Assembly (NCBI GenBank): GCA_945787445.1 | Contig: CALZHT010000007.1 | Coordinates: forward strand, 2,598-66,597 | Origin: an uncultured Desulfobulbaceae bacterium | Lineage (GTDB): Bacteria > Desulfobacterota > Desulfobulbia > Desulfobulbales > CALZHT01 | Direction of reading: 5' to 3' | DNA length: 64,000 bases | Translations under genes and position numbers: made by a program | Shown here: positions 55,458-64,000 of the stretch, in pieces | Position numbering within the stretch: the stretch's first letter is position 1 | Layout of the letters: each line of letters opens with the position of its first letter | The notes under the pieces: generated by a model | Told to the model about the DNA's origin: nothing | Database searches by the model: none | Seen by the model: only the letters and a program-made list of their open reading frames with translations

Positions 55458-55782
55458 TTTGTATCCTTTATCTATGATATGGAGTCGTAATTGTAGTAAA
55501 TTCAATAACGATTATATCGTAATATCAAATTTTTACGAAGCTATTTCGGTTTGTTCAAGATGAAATTTCGTATTTCTAATAAAGCGGCCGGACAAATGCA
55601 AGAATAGAAAAGAATTCTAAGAAAATATCCAGACAACTTGATAATTCTCCAAGTGACCAGGATCAAAATAAGGCCCAGAGGCAGAGGGTAGAAGATAGTA
55701 GGGAAATGGCACAAAGGCACAGAGAATGTGCTTCACAATATGAGGGATTATAGAGGAATGCAAGACATCCCAGGGGCAGATG

Positions 55783-57453
55783 TTACGAGCTGCTTTCCTG
55801 GTACTTTTCCGTCGTGGGATACCGTCTGCCGTATCCGAAAGCCTTGGTTGTCACCTTGAGAACCATGGGAGCCTGTTTGCGTTTATATTCATTAATCCTG
55901 ACTCTGTGGACGATATCCTCCACCACAGCAGGATCAAATCCCATGGCCACAATATCCTTGATGCTCCGGTCCTCTTCCAGATAGGCCCTGAGGATCTGAT
56001 CGAGGATTTCATAAGGCGGCAGGTCGTCCTGGTCTTTCTGGTCAGGAGCCAGCTCTGCTGAGGGCGCCTTGGTGATGATACGCTCCGGGATTATTTTTTT
56101 CTTGCGGTTGATGAGTTTTGCCAGCTTGTAGACCTGGCATTTGGGAATGTCCGATATAACCGCCAGTCCGCCGCTCAAGTCACCATACAAGGTGCAATAC
56201 CCTACCGCCATCTCCGTTTTGTTGCCGGTGCTGAGCAACATGTAGCCGAATTTATTGGAAAGCGCCATGAGCAGGTTGCCGCGGATTCGAGCCTGGATGT
56301 TTTGTTCCGTGACATCGGGTGGTTTGTTGGGGAAAATCGGGGTGAGGGTCTCGAGCATGGCATCAAACACATCATGGATCGGCAGCACTTCAAAATGAAT
56401 ACCCAGGTTTTTGGCAAGCTTCCTGGCATCGTCAATGCTTTCTTGAGAAGTGTATGGGGAAGGAAGGGCGACACCCAGGATATTGTCCTTTCCGAGGGCC
56501 TGGCAAGCAATAGCGGCTGTCACCGCAGAATCAATGCCGCCGCTGAGACCAACCAGACCTTTTTTGAAGCCGCACTTGGTGACATAGTCGAGGGTTCCCA
56601 TGACCAGTGCCTTGAGAACGGTGGAATTTTCCGAGTCCTCATTGTTCTTGGCCATACGAATCGTCTTTGCCATGTCCATGGTTTCAGTATCGACGACCAC
56701 AAAGTCTTCCTTGAATTGTTCCGCACAGGCAATAATGCGGCCTTTGTTGTTCATGGCCAGACTCTGCCCCTCAAAAAGGATGGAATCTTGACCTCCGACC
56801 TGGTTCACGTAAATCATCGGCACTTTATGTTTGACAGCATGTCCGGCTATGATTTTGCGCTTAATGGCAGAAAGTCCCATTCTATAGGGTGAAGCGGCCA
56901 GGTTAATTATAAGGTCAAGTTTACCATTTGCACCATCCAGCAATTCGGCAACCGGATTGATGGTGTACAGCCTTCTGGGAAATAATTCGTTATCGTTCCA
57001 GATGTCCTCGCATATGGTGATGCCCAGGCGAAGTCCTTTATATACAAAAAATTGACTCGACCCAGCCGGCTCGAAATATCTGCCTTCGTTAAACACATCG
57101 TAGGTGGGGAGTAGCCGTTTGTGGGCCTTGAAAAGGATTTTACCGTTTTCAAAGAGAAGGGCGCTGTTATGAAGCGGTTTGCCTGTTCCGGCGGTATGCC
57201 TTGTGATGGCGCCGCAGATGACGCCAATGCCTTTTGATTTGGCTATAAGTTTCTGGCAGGCCTTGTCATGGTCTTCGAGAAAGGCGGGCCGTTCAAGGAG
57301 GTCCTGGGGAGGGTAGCCGCATAGTGCCATTTCCGGGAAAACAATAAGACCGCAGCCTTGCTTTTTAGCCTTGTTTATTAAGGCCGTCATTATTTTGGAG
57401 TTATGGGCAAAATCACCAATAACCGGATTTGTCTGGCCAAGAGCGATTTTCAT
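55783..57453 (-). CDS. nadE: glutamine-dependent NAD+ synthetase
   Basis: N-terminal CN-hydrolase domain (MKIALGQTNP..FPEMALCGY) and C-terminal synthetase domain with the GLSGGIDSAV PP-loop. Confidence 0.9.
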   Translation of the reverse strand: MKIALGQTNPVIGDFAHNSKIMTALINKAKKQGCGLIVFPEMALCGYPPQDLLERPAFLEDHDKACQKLIAKSKGIGVICGAITRHTAGTGKPLHNSALLFENGKILFKAHKRLLPTYDVFNEGRYFEPAGSSQFFVYKGLRLGITICEDIWNDNELFPRRLYTINPVAELLDGANGKLDLIINLAASPYRMGLSAIKRKIIAGHAVKHKVPMIYVNQVGGQDSILFEGQSLAMNNKGRIIACAEQFKEDFVVVDTETMDMAKTIRMAKNNEDSENSTVLKALVMGTLDYVTKCGFKKGLVGLSGGIDSAVTAAIACQALGKDNILGVALPSPYTSQESIDDARKLAKNLGIHFEVLPIHDVFDAMLETLTPIFPNKPPDVTEQNIQARIRGNLLMALSNKFGYMLLSTGNKTEMAVGYCTLYGDLSGGLAVISDIPKCQVYKLAKLINRKKKIIPERIITKAPSAELAPDQKDQDDLPPYEILDQILRAYLEEDRSIKDIVAMGFDPAVVEDIVHRVRINEYKRKQAPMVLKVTTKAFGYGRRYPTTEKYQESSS

Positions 57454-57817
57454 GGCAGAAATCTCTACTTTTTCTTTAAGATACGTAATTAGAACTAAAA
57501 AATCCCCATCATAGATCAGATTCCTTATATCTGTAGTGGGGGGCAATATAGCACAGTTGGTTTTGTTTTAAAGAAAAAAGATGGATTTTATGGTGATATG
57601 TTGCTGGTGTTGCGCGGTGCCGCTTGGAGAGTAAAAAGATATATGTCCGGAATCGTAACATAATTTTCTTGCCTGAAACAATGATCCTGTACTAATGTGC
57701 CTGGAAGAGTTCACCTGGAGGTCTCAACAAATTAAGAAGAGCCGAAGCTATTCCGCAGGGCTGTTTGCCGGATCAGGACGATTTCTGCAATAATGCAGGG
57801 ACGAAGGAGTATATTTC

Positions 57818-59134
57818 ATGAAAAAATATTTTGTGCTGGACACCAATGTCTTGCTCCACAACGCCGATGCCATAGTTTCCTTTGCCGACAATTATGTCGT
57901 GCTGCCCATGACGGTTATAGAAGAGCTGGATAAATTCAAATCGCGCAATGACGAACTGGGACGAAACGCCAGGCAGGTTGTGAGAACCCTTGACCACCTT
58001 AGGGAAAAGGGATCGCTCAATAAAGGCGTTGCGATGGAAAACGGCGGCGTGCTCATGATTGTCCCGGGAAAGGAGGACATCAATGTTCCTGGTCTGGTGA
58101 TGAGTATAGCTGATAATCGGATCCTTGCGGTGGCCTATACTTTACACCGTAAGGGAGAAAGGGTTATTTTTGTTTCAAAGGATATTAACTGCAGGCTCAA
58201 GGCGGATGCCCTCGGCATAGAGGTGCGGGACTTTGAGAAACAGAAGATCAATTTTGACGAATTGTTTACCGGCCAGAGAGATATGGTAGTGAATGGTTCG
58301 GTGGTCGAGGATTTTTTTCAGCTCGAGGAAATGGTACTGGAGGGGAAGGATTTTGTGCCCAATGAATTCGTTACCCTTATTAATGAAACGGATGAAAAAC
58401 ATACCGCACTGGCCAAAGCCAGGGATGAGAAAACTCTGGTGCATTTGAACTCCAAACTGGAACATGTCTGGCAGGTCAGGCCGCGCAGCAAGGAGCAGCG
58501 CATGGCCCTGGAGCTTCTCATGGACCCGGCAATCGAGGTGGTTACCATGGTGGGCCAGGCTGGAACAGGAAAAACCTTGCTGGCCCTTGCCGCGGCCTTG
58601 GAATCAACCATTCATTATAAGCGTTATGACCGGATTCTTGTTTCCCGCCCCATTATCCCCTTGGGTAAGGATCTGGGATATTTACCCGGCGACAAGGAAG
58701 AAAAGCTCTCCCACTGGATGCAGCCCATTTTTGACAATCTCACTTACCTTATGACGGACAGGCGTGCCAACAACAAGGATACGGACGAGTCGGCCCGCCA
58801 GAAGGCGGACAAACTCATCCATAGCAATATTGTCGAACTCGAAGCCCTCACCTATATACGGGGCCGCTCCATTCCCCGCCAGTATGTGATTGTGGATGAG
58901 GGTCAGAATCTTACTCCCCATGAGGTCAAAACCATAATCAGCCGGGCCGGCGAGGGCACCAAAATGGTGCTAACCGGTGATCCTTACCAGATAGACAATC
59001 CATACTTAGATTCAAGCAGCAACGGCTTGACCTATGCAGTGGAACGATTGAAGGGGCTGCAATTACACGGCCATATTACCTTGAAGAAAAGTGAGCGCAG
59101 CACCCTGGCCGCAGTGGCAGCGGATTACCTATAA
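57818..59134 (+). CDS. PIN-PhoH fusion ATPase (PhoH2/YlaK-like)
   Basis: N-terminal PIN (YFVLDTNVLL), followed by a PhoH ATPase (GQAGTGKT, IVDEGQNL). Confidence 0.85.
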   Translation: MKKYFVLDTNVLLHNADAIVSFADNYVVLPMTVIEELDKFKSRNDELGRNARQVVRTLDHLREKGSLNKGVAMENGGVLMIVPGKEDINVPGLVMSIADNRILAVAYTLHRKGERVIFVSKDINCRLKADALGIEVRDFEKQKINFDELFTGQRDMVVNGSVVEDFFQLEEMVLEGKDFVPNEFVTLINETDEKHTALAKARDEKTLVHLNSKLEHVWQVRPRSKEQRMALELLMDPAIEVVTMVGQAGTGKTLLALAAALESTIHYKRYDRILVSRPIIPLGKDLGYLPGDKEEKLSHWMQPIFDNLTYLMTDRRANNKDTDESARQKADKLIHSNIVELEALTYIRGRSIPRQYVIVDEGQNLTPHEVKTIISRAGEGTKMVLTGDPYQIDNPYLDSSSNGLTYAVERLKGLQLHGHITLKKSERSTLAAVAADYL

Positions 59135-59214
59135 ACCATTGCGCAGGTATATATTGCGCTTTGTACGTTCATGATTATGGTCTATATTGATTAATTGTAT
59201 GATGTATTTTATAT

Positions 59215-59307
59215 TTGATGAACTCGTAAAATATACGAGTTCATCGATGTAATACGTTGTAAAAACTTAACATTACATGGCACGTTAACCGCTTTCCCGA
59301 CTTTTAG
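59215..59307 (+). repeat. R2 element, short form, copy C
   Basis: TTGATGAACTCGTAAAATATACGAGTTCATCGATGTAATACGTTGTAAAAACTTAACATTACATGGCACGTTAACCGCTTTCCCGACTTTTAG. It ends 36 nt before the next start codon. Confidence 0.65.
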
Positions 59308-59342
59308 CAGGGCCATCATTTTTGGAAAACAGGAGATAACAC

Positions 59343-60428
59343 GTGGAATTTGAACCGAAATGGATTGCCTGGGAGGTAACCAGGCGCTGTAACCTCAGAT
59401 GCGTGCACTGCCGCTCTTCTTCCACTCTGGAGGCGAAAAAGCATCCGGATTTTCCCTATGAGGAGGCGGTGAGGGTGCTTGACGATATTTCTTCCTATGC
59501 CAAGCCCGTTGTCGTGCTATCCGGTGGTGAGCCTCTTCTGCGGCAGGATGTATTTGACATCGCCGCCTACGGCACGGAAAAGGGATTGCGCATGTGCATG
59601 GCCACCAATGGCACCCTGGTCACGGATGAGGTCTGCGAGAACATGAATAAGGCCGGGATCAAGATGGTTTCTTTGAGCCTGGACGGCTCTACCGCCAAGG
59701 TGCATGACGATTTCCGCAACATGGTCGGCGCCTTTGACGGCACCATCAATGCGGCCAAACTTTTTAAAAAACATAACATATCCTTTTTGATTAACTCTTC
59801 GTTCACCAAACGGAACCAGGAAGAAATTCCCAAGATTCTTAAACTCGCCAAAGAACTTGGCGCCACGGCCTGGTATATGTTCATGATCGTGCCTACCGGC
59901 CGCGGTGAGGAAATCATGAATGAGCTGATCTCCAAGGAGGACTACGAAGATCTGCTGAAATGGCATTACGAAATGGAGAAGTTAGAGGATGAACTGCTGG
60001 TGCGTCCCACCTGTGCACCGAGCTATTACCGGGTAGTGCTGCAGCAGGCCAAGGAAAAGGGCGATACGTTCAAGCGCCGCACTCTGCAGTTTTCCACGGG
60101 CGGTTCCAAGGGATGCCTCGCCGGTCAGTTGATATCTTTGATTGACGTGGACGGCAATGTCCTGCCCTGCAGTTATTTTCCCAAGGTTGCTGGAAATATC
60201 AGGGAGCAGTCCTTTCAGGACATTTGGGAAAACTCCCCGCTCTTTAAGGAACTGCGCGATTTTAAGAAATATAAGGGACGCTGCGGTTCCTGCGAGTATG
60301 TCAATGTCTGCGGCGGCTGCCGGGCCAGGGCCTACGCCGTAACCGGTGATTATCTGGATGAAGAACCGTTCTGCGACTATATGCCGCTTAAACTTCTAAG
60401 AAAGGCAAAAGGTCAAGAAAGCAGTTAA
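59343..60428 (+). CDS. radical SAM/SPASM protein, AhbD/NirJ-like
   Basis: GTG start. Motifs [14 protein letters not shown] (CxxxCxxC), internal PTGRG, and C-terminal [18 protein letters not shown]...EPFCDY. Confidence 0.7.
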   Translation: MEFEPKWIAWEVTRRCNLRCVHCRSSSTLEAKKHPDFPYEEAVRVLDDISSYAKPVVVLSGGEPLLRQDVFDIAAYGTEKGLRMCMATNGTLVTDEVCENMNKAGIKMVSLSLDGSTAKVHDDFRNMVGAFDGTINAAKLFKKHNISFLINSSFTKRNQEEIPKILKLAKELGATAWYMFMIVPTGRGEEIMNELISKEDYEDLLKWHYEMEKLEDELLVRPTCAPSYYRVVLQQAKEKGDTFKRRTLQFSTGGSKGCLAGQLISLIDVDGNVLPCSYFPKVAGNIREQSFQDIWENSPLFKELRDFKKYKGRCGSCEYVNVCGGCRARAYAVTGDYLDEEPFCDYMPLKLLRKAKGQESS

Positions 60429-60565
60429 TGTGCCCTGCAATTTCAAACACTCACAACGTAGTCTGAGCTGCAGTGAGGAAATCCCCTAGGAACAGTACAA
60501 CGATTCATTGGTTATTATAATTACGAATAGATCAAACGTCACTGCACCAAGAGCTGAACACGATC

Positions 60566-60641
60566 AGCGAGCGCTATCCCCGCAGCTTGTTGTAACGAAG
60601 TGGAGATCCCGTCCTTGCGGGGCTGCGGGATTAGCGAGCGC
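60566..60641. mobile_element. 58-bp palindromic insertion flanked by 9-bp direct repeats
   Basis: AGCGAGCGC (60566-60574), the element TATCCCCGCAGC...GCTGCGGGATT (60575-60632), then AGCGAGCGC (60633-60641). Confidence 0.5.
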
Positions 60642-60749
60642 ATGTAAAATAGTAAAAAAGTACCTTACGTACGGAGATTTCCCGCGGCTTGCTGCGGGGA
60701 GCTTCAATTTTTTTAAACTCAATAAGGAATCTAAAAACGGACGATTATT

Positions 60750-61781
60750 ATGAACACGACATTTCTGAAAGCCTGCAAAGGTGAAGAGGTTTCCTACACC
60801 CCAATCTGGATTATGCGGCAGGCAGGACGGTATCTGCCCGATTATCACAAGGTGCGCAGCAAGGTAACTTTTTTGGAGCTTTGCAAGGCACCGGAGCTTG
60901 CCGCGGAAGTTACCTTGCAGCCGGTGGATATCCTGGGGGTCGATGCAGCAATCTTGTTTTCTGATATTCTTGTCCCCTTGGAGGCCATGGGACTCACCCT
61001 TGAGTTCCATGAAAAAAGAGGACCTGTTTTTCCGGAGCCTGTCAGGGACAAAGCTGCGGTGGACCGGCTGATCGTACCTGACCCGGAGGAAAAACTCGGC
61101 TATGTCATGGATACTATCCGTATCCTGCGCAAAGAACTCAAAGATAAGGTGCCGCTTATTGGTTTTTCCGGCGCGCCTTTCACCCTGGCAACCTATATTA
61201 TCGAAGGCGGCTCTTCAAAAAGTTATTTCCAGACCAAGAAAATGATGTATGAAGCGCCGGATCTCTGGGCAGCACTCCTTGACAAGATTACCGATTGCAC
61301 CATCAGTTATCTTAAGGCCCAGGCTGCTGCCGGTGCCCAGGCCCTGCAGATTTTTGATTCCTGGGCCGGGGTGCTGGGGCCGGGTGATTTTGCCGAATAT
61401 GCCCTGCCCTATGTCCAGCGTATCATCGGCGAACTTAAGGGGGCCGGAGTGCCGATCATCTATTTTGCCAACAACGGCGCCACCCTGCTGGAGCTGGCAA
61501 AAACAAGCGGCGCTGATGTGCTGGGCCTCGACTGGCGGATCAAAATCGGAGATGCCATTGCCAGGCTGGGCCAGGATGTTTCGGTGCAAGGCAACCTCGA
61601 TCCCTGCGCGCTGCTCCTGCCCCCTGATAAGCTTGAACAGCGGGTGGCAAAAATTCTTGAGCAGGCCAAGGCGGCCCGGGGCCATGTCTTTAATCTGGGC
61701 CATGGTATCCTTCCTGAGACGCCTCCGGAAAAAGCTAAACTGGTGGTCGAACTTGTGCACCGGCTCAGCAAACGGATGTAA
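60750..61781 (+). CDS. hemE: uroporphyrinogen decarboxylase
   Basis: N-terminal [13 protein letters not shown] signature. 343 aa. Confidence 0.9.
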   Translation: MNTTFLKACKGEEVSYTPIWIMRQAGRYLPDYHKVRSKVTFLELCKAPELAAEVTLQPVDILGVDAAILFSDILVPLEAMGLTLEFHEKRGPVFPEPVRDKAAVDRLIVPDPEEKLGYVMDTIRILRKELKDKVPLIGFSGAPFTLATYIIEGGSSKSYFQTKKMMYEAPDLWAALLDKITDCTISYLKAQAAAGAQALQIFDSWAGVLGPGDFAEYALPYVQRIIGELKGAGVPIIYFANNGATLLELAKTSGADVLGLDWRIKIGDAIARLGQDVSVQGNLDPCALLLPPDKLEQRVAKILEQAKAARGHVFNLGHGILPETPPEKAKLVVELVHRLSKRM

Positions 61782-61783
61782 CG

Positions 61784-62374
61784 ATGATCCCAACAGCGGT
61801 CCAGTGTTCCAGGCTGATGGATAAGCACCGGATGCTGGAAAATATCAGGGCGCATTCGTATAAGGTCGCCCAGGTGGCCGAGTTCATAGCCCATTCCATC
61901 ATAGGGACGGGGATTTCTCTCTCTCTGGACAAAGTAATTGGCGGTGCTTTGCTTCATGATATCGGCAAGACCGCATGTCTTGACTCCGACCACAACCACG
62001 CTTTGTTCGGTGCTAAAATCTGTGCGCAGCATGGGTTTACAGGGATCGTCGATATTGTTGCCCAGCATGTTGTCCTGAAAAACGGCTTATCCGAAACTGG
62101 CTGCACGGAAAAAGAAATCGTCTATTATGCCGACAAACGGGTGCTGCATGAAGAGGTGGTGAGCCTTGAGGCGCGTCTTCAGTATATCCTGGCACGCTAC
62201 GGCAATGGAGATGAGCGATTATGCGCTGCCATCTCCGGAAATTTCAACACCTGTCTTGTGCTGGAAGAAAAGCTTTTCGCCCGTCTCCATTTTAGGCCGG
62301 ATGAAGTTGAACGACTGATCAATGCCCGGGCGCCGTTGGCGCCATTTCTTGCCTCGCTGGAGAGTGCCGGGTGA
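61784..62374 (+). CDS. HD-domain protein (HDIG-type), function unknown
   Basis: Motif GALLHDIGK...YYADK. It starts 2 nt after the hemE stop and overlaps the hemH start (GTGA). Confidence 0.7.
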   Translation: MIPTAVQCSRLMDKHRMLENIRAHSYKVAQVAEFIAHSIIGTGISLSLDKVIGGALLHDIGKTACLDSDHNHALFGAKICAQHGFTGIVDIVAQHVVLKNGLSETGCTEKEIVYYADKRVLHEEVVSLEARLQYILARYGNGDERLCAAISGNFNTCLVLEEKLFARLHFRPDEVERLINARAPLAPFLASLESAG

Positions 62375-63354
62375 AGCCAACAGTTTCGCAATTCCCGATC
62401 GGCGTTGTCCTCTTGAACCTTGGCGGACCGGAGAAAATTGGCGATGTGGAGCCCTTCCTTTACAATCTTTTTTCAGACCGCAAAATTATCCGCTTAAGCC
62501 CCTTTCCTCTCCTGCAAAAATTTATCGCCAGGCGGATCGCCAGAAAGAGGGGACCCAAAAGCAGTGAATCGTACCGGAAAATCGGGGGCGGCTCGCCATT
62601 AAACCGAATTACTGCAGAACAAGGTCGGGCCTTGGAAGAGACCCTGTCCGACCAGGGGCGATTTACAGTCACCATGGCCATGCGCTATTGGCATCCTTAT
62701 GCCACGGAAACTCTTTCCGAACTGCATGGGCAAGGAATAAGGAAGGTGATCGCCCTGACCCTCTATCCCCATTATTCCATTGCCACAACCGGCTCCTCTC
62801 TAGATGATCTCCAGAGCGTTGCTCGGAAATTTTCCCCTTCCTTTGCAATGGTCGAAATTTCCTCCTGGCCCGATAATTCTGGTTATGTGACAGCCCTTGT
62901 CCAGACGATCAGAGACGGCATGCAGCAATTCGATGGCGGAGAAGTGCAGCTTGTCTACAGTGCCCACAGTCTGCCGCAGAAGTTCATAAAGGAAGGGGAC
63001 CCGTATGTTGAGCATTTGCAAAGGACCATAGCAGCAGTGGAAAAGGAGGTATCAATTGCCGGCAGATTATGTTATCAGAGCCGCAGCGGACCGGTGCGCT
63101 GGCTCTCTCCTTCCACTCCGGAGATGCTTGAAAGCTTGGCGTCCGAAGGGTGCAAAAATGTGCTCATGGTGCCGATCAGCTTTGTGTCGGACCATGTGGA
63201 GACGCTGTATGAGATCGACATGCTCTACCGTGACATGGCCACCGATTTAGGGATGCGGCTCGAGCGGACCGAATCGCTCAATACAAATCCGATATTTATT
63301 GCGGCGCTCAAAGAACTTGTTCTGGAAGCCAGCCGCAACAAGGGCTGGTTGTAA
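62371..63354 (+). CDS. hemH: ferrochelatase
   Basis: 327 aa. N-terminal GVVLLNLGGPE, and later YSAHSLP and SFVSDHVETLYEID. Confidence 0.9.
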   Translation: MKPTVSQFPIGVVLLNLGGPEKIGDVEPFLYNLFSDRKIIRLSPFPLLQKFIARRIARKRGPKSSESYRKIGGGSPLNRITAEQGRALEETLSDQGRFTVTMAMRYWHPYATETLSELHGQGIRKVIALTLYPHYSIATTGSSLDDLQSVARKFSPSFAMVEISSWPDNSGYVTALVQTIRDGMQQFDGGEVQLVYSAHSLPQKFIKEGDPYVEHLQRTIAAVEKEVSIAGRLCYQSRSGPVRWLSPSTPEMLESLASEGCKNVLMVPISFVSDHVETLYEIDMLYRDMATDLGMRLERTESLNTNPIFIAALKELVLEASRNKGWL

Positions 63355-63398
63355 TCCCTTTGTATACACATTCGTAATATGGTGACATAAATATTTTT

Positions 63399-63596
63399 AC
63401 CACCACAGAGGACACAGAGAAAAATGAAGAAGGCTGTTCAGGAGATCAAAGAAATTCATAATGCACAATTGTTGACTTACATGAAATTGTCTGGAATGGA
63501 CACTGGCCTGCTTACTAATTTCAATGTTGAAAGGCTCTAGGACGAAATTCAAAGGTTTACGATATAATTCTCTGTGTCCTCTGTGCTCTCTGTGGT
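63399..63596. repeat. R1 inverted-repeat pair enclosing a gene remnant
   Basis: The left arm ACCACCACAGAGGACACAGAG (63399-63419) and right arm CTCTGTGTCCTCTGTGCTCTCTGTGGT (63570-63596) are separated by about 150 nt. Confidence 0.65.
63424..63567 (+). pseudogene. C-terminal remnant of a GxxExxY-family (PD-(D/E)XK-like) protein gene
   Basis: [46 protein letters not shown] matches the family C-terminus (..IHxAQLLTYLKLSG..GLLINFNV..LKDGIxRFV). It has an in-frame TAG at 63538-63540, and the N-terminal two-thirds are missing. Confidence 0.6.
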
Positions 63597-63650
63597 TTGT
63601 CTATGAAACTGACCAGTAATTGTCACCGGACTTATGAACTTGAGTACTTA

Positions 63651-63700
63651 GTTACAACGTAATACATCGATAAAGTAGTAGTATTTACGATCTCATCAAT
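63651..63700 (-). repeat. R2 element, truncated copy E
   Basis: The reverse complement reads ATTGATGAGATCGTAAATACTACTACTTTATCGATGTATTACGTTGTAAC. Confidence 0.45.
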
Positions 63701-63735
63701 TTGGTAGCTCAAAGAAATTTTATTGTTCAACGACT

Positions 63736-64000
63736 ATGAATTCTCACACATTTTATTGGATTGTCGGCAGTGGCGTGCTCATGACTCTGCTTGCGCTTGT
63801 CGGCGCCTTTACTTTAGTTTTACGTGAAGAAGTCCTTAAAAAATTGCTGCTCCCCCTGGTTGCCTTTTCCGCCGGCTCCTTAATCGGTGGCGCTTTTTTC
63901 CATATGATTCCCGAAGCCGTGGAAGCAATAGAGTCACCGCTCACCGTCTATATCTGTATTGTCAGTGGATTTGTCCTATTCCTCATCTTTGAACAGCTCC
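63736..64000 (+). CDS. ZIP-family metal transporter, partial (3' end beyond window)
   Basis: Begins MNSHTFYWIVGSGVLMTLLALVGAF and contains ...AFSAGSLIGGAFFHMIPEA, typical of ZupT-like N-termini. The frame is open to the window edge. Confidence 0.65.
   Translation, partial: MNSHTFYWIVGSGVLMTLLALVGAFTLVLREEVLKKLLLPLVAFSAGSLIGGAFFHMIPEAVEAIESPLTVYICIVSGFVLFLIFEQL

Overview
This is a 64-kb chromosomal segment. Its gene content suggests an anaerobic, sulfur-cycling Desulfobacterota-type (deltaproteobacterial) genome. That is an inference from desulfoferrodoxin and rubrerythrin, an AhbD/NirJ-like radical SAM gene, several sigma-54 enhancer-binding proteins, YeeE, and a DUF3373-like outer-membrane barrel.

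About 55 protein genes look credible, and most are housekeeping:
- Biotin: an esterase-BioC fusion and bioD.
- A Sat-like/APS-kinase fusion.
- ilvD, hisD, nadE, lptD, mltA and mltB, RNase E/G, rsmG, pilT, and hemE/hemH.
- A perR-rbr-dfx-ftn oxidative-stress cluster.
- Signalling genes: two sigma-54 activators, a hybrid histidine kinase, a Hanks kinase, a class III cyclase and a DUF4388/REC regulator.

I recognised no rRNA, tRNA, CRISPR array, transposase, integrase, prophage or known defence gene.

The unusual part is the non-coding DNA. At least five families of short interspersed repeats or palindromic elements (R1-R5 below), one small insertion with target-site duplications, and several decayed ORF fragments fill the intergenic gaps.

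The best candidate for an uncharacterised system is the sigma-54-driven operon at 36489-39751. It encodes a DUF3373-like outer-membrane barrel, a YeeE/YedE permease and a monoheme cytochrome c. A Cys-rich PAS sigma-54 activator is transcribed divergently, and a phased GTTAAC array lies between them.

Other leads:
- A self-contained promoter, micro-ORF and terminator unit at 41817-41983.
- A GEMM-I-like leader at 41988-42085.
- An ORF with an in-frame TAG, coupled to a BCAM0308-family gene.
- An ahbD-like/hemE/HD/hemH cluster.

All calls come from reading motifs by eye. No search was run, so family names are recollections that need checking.
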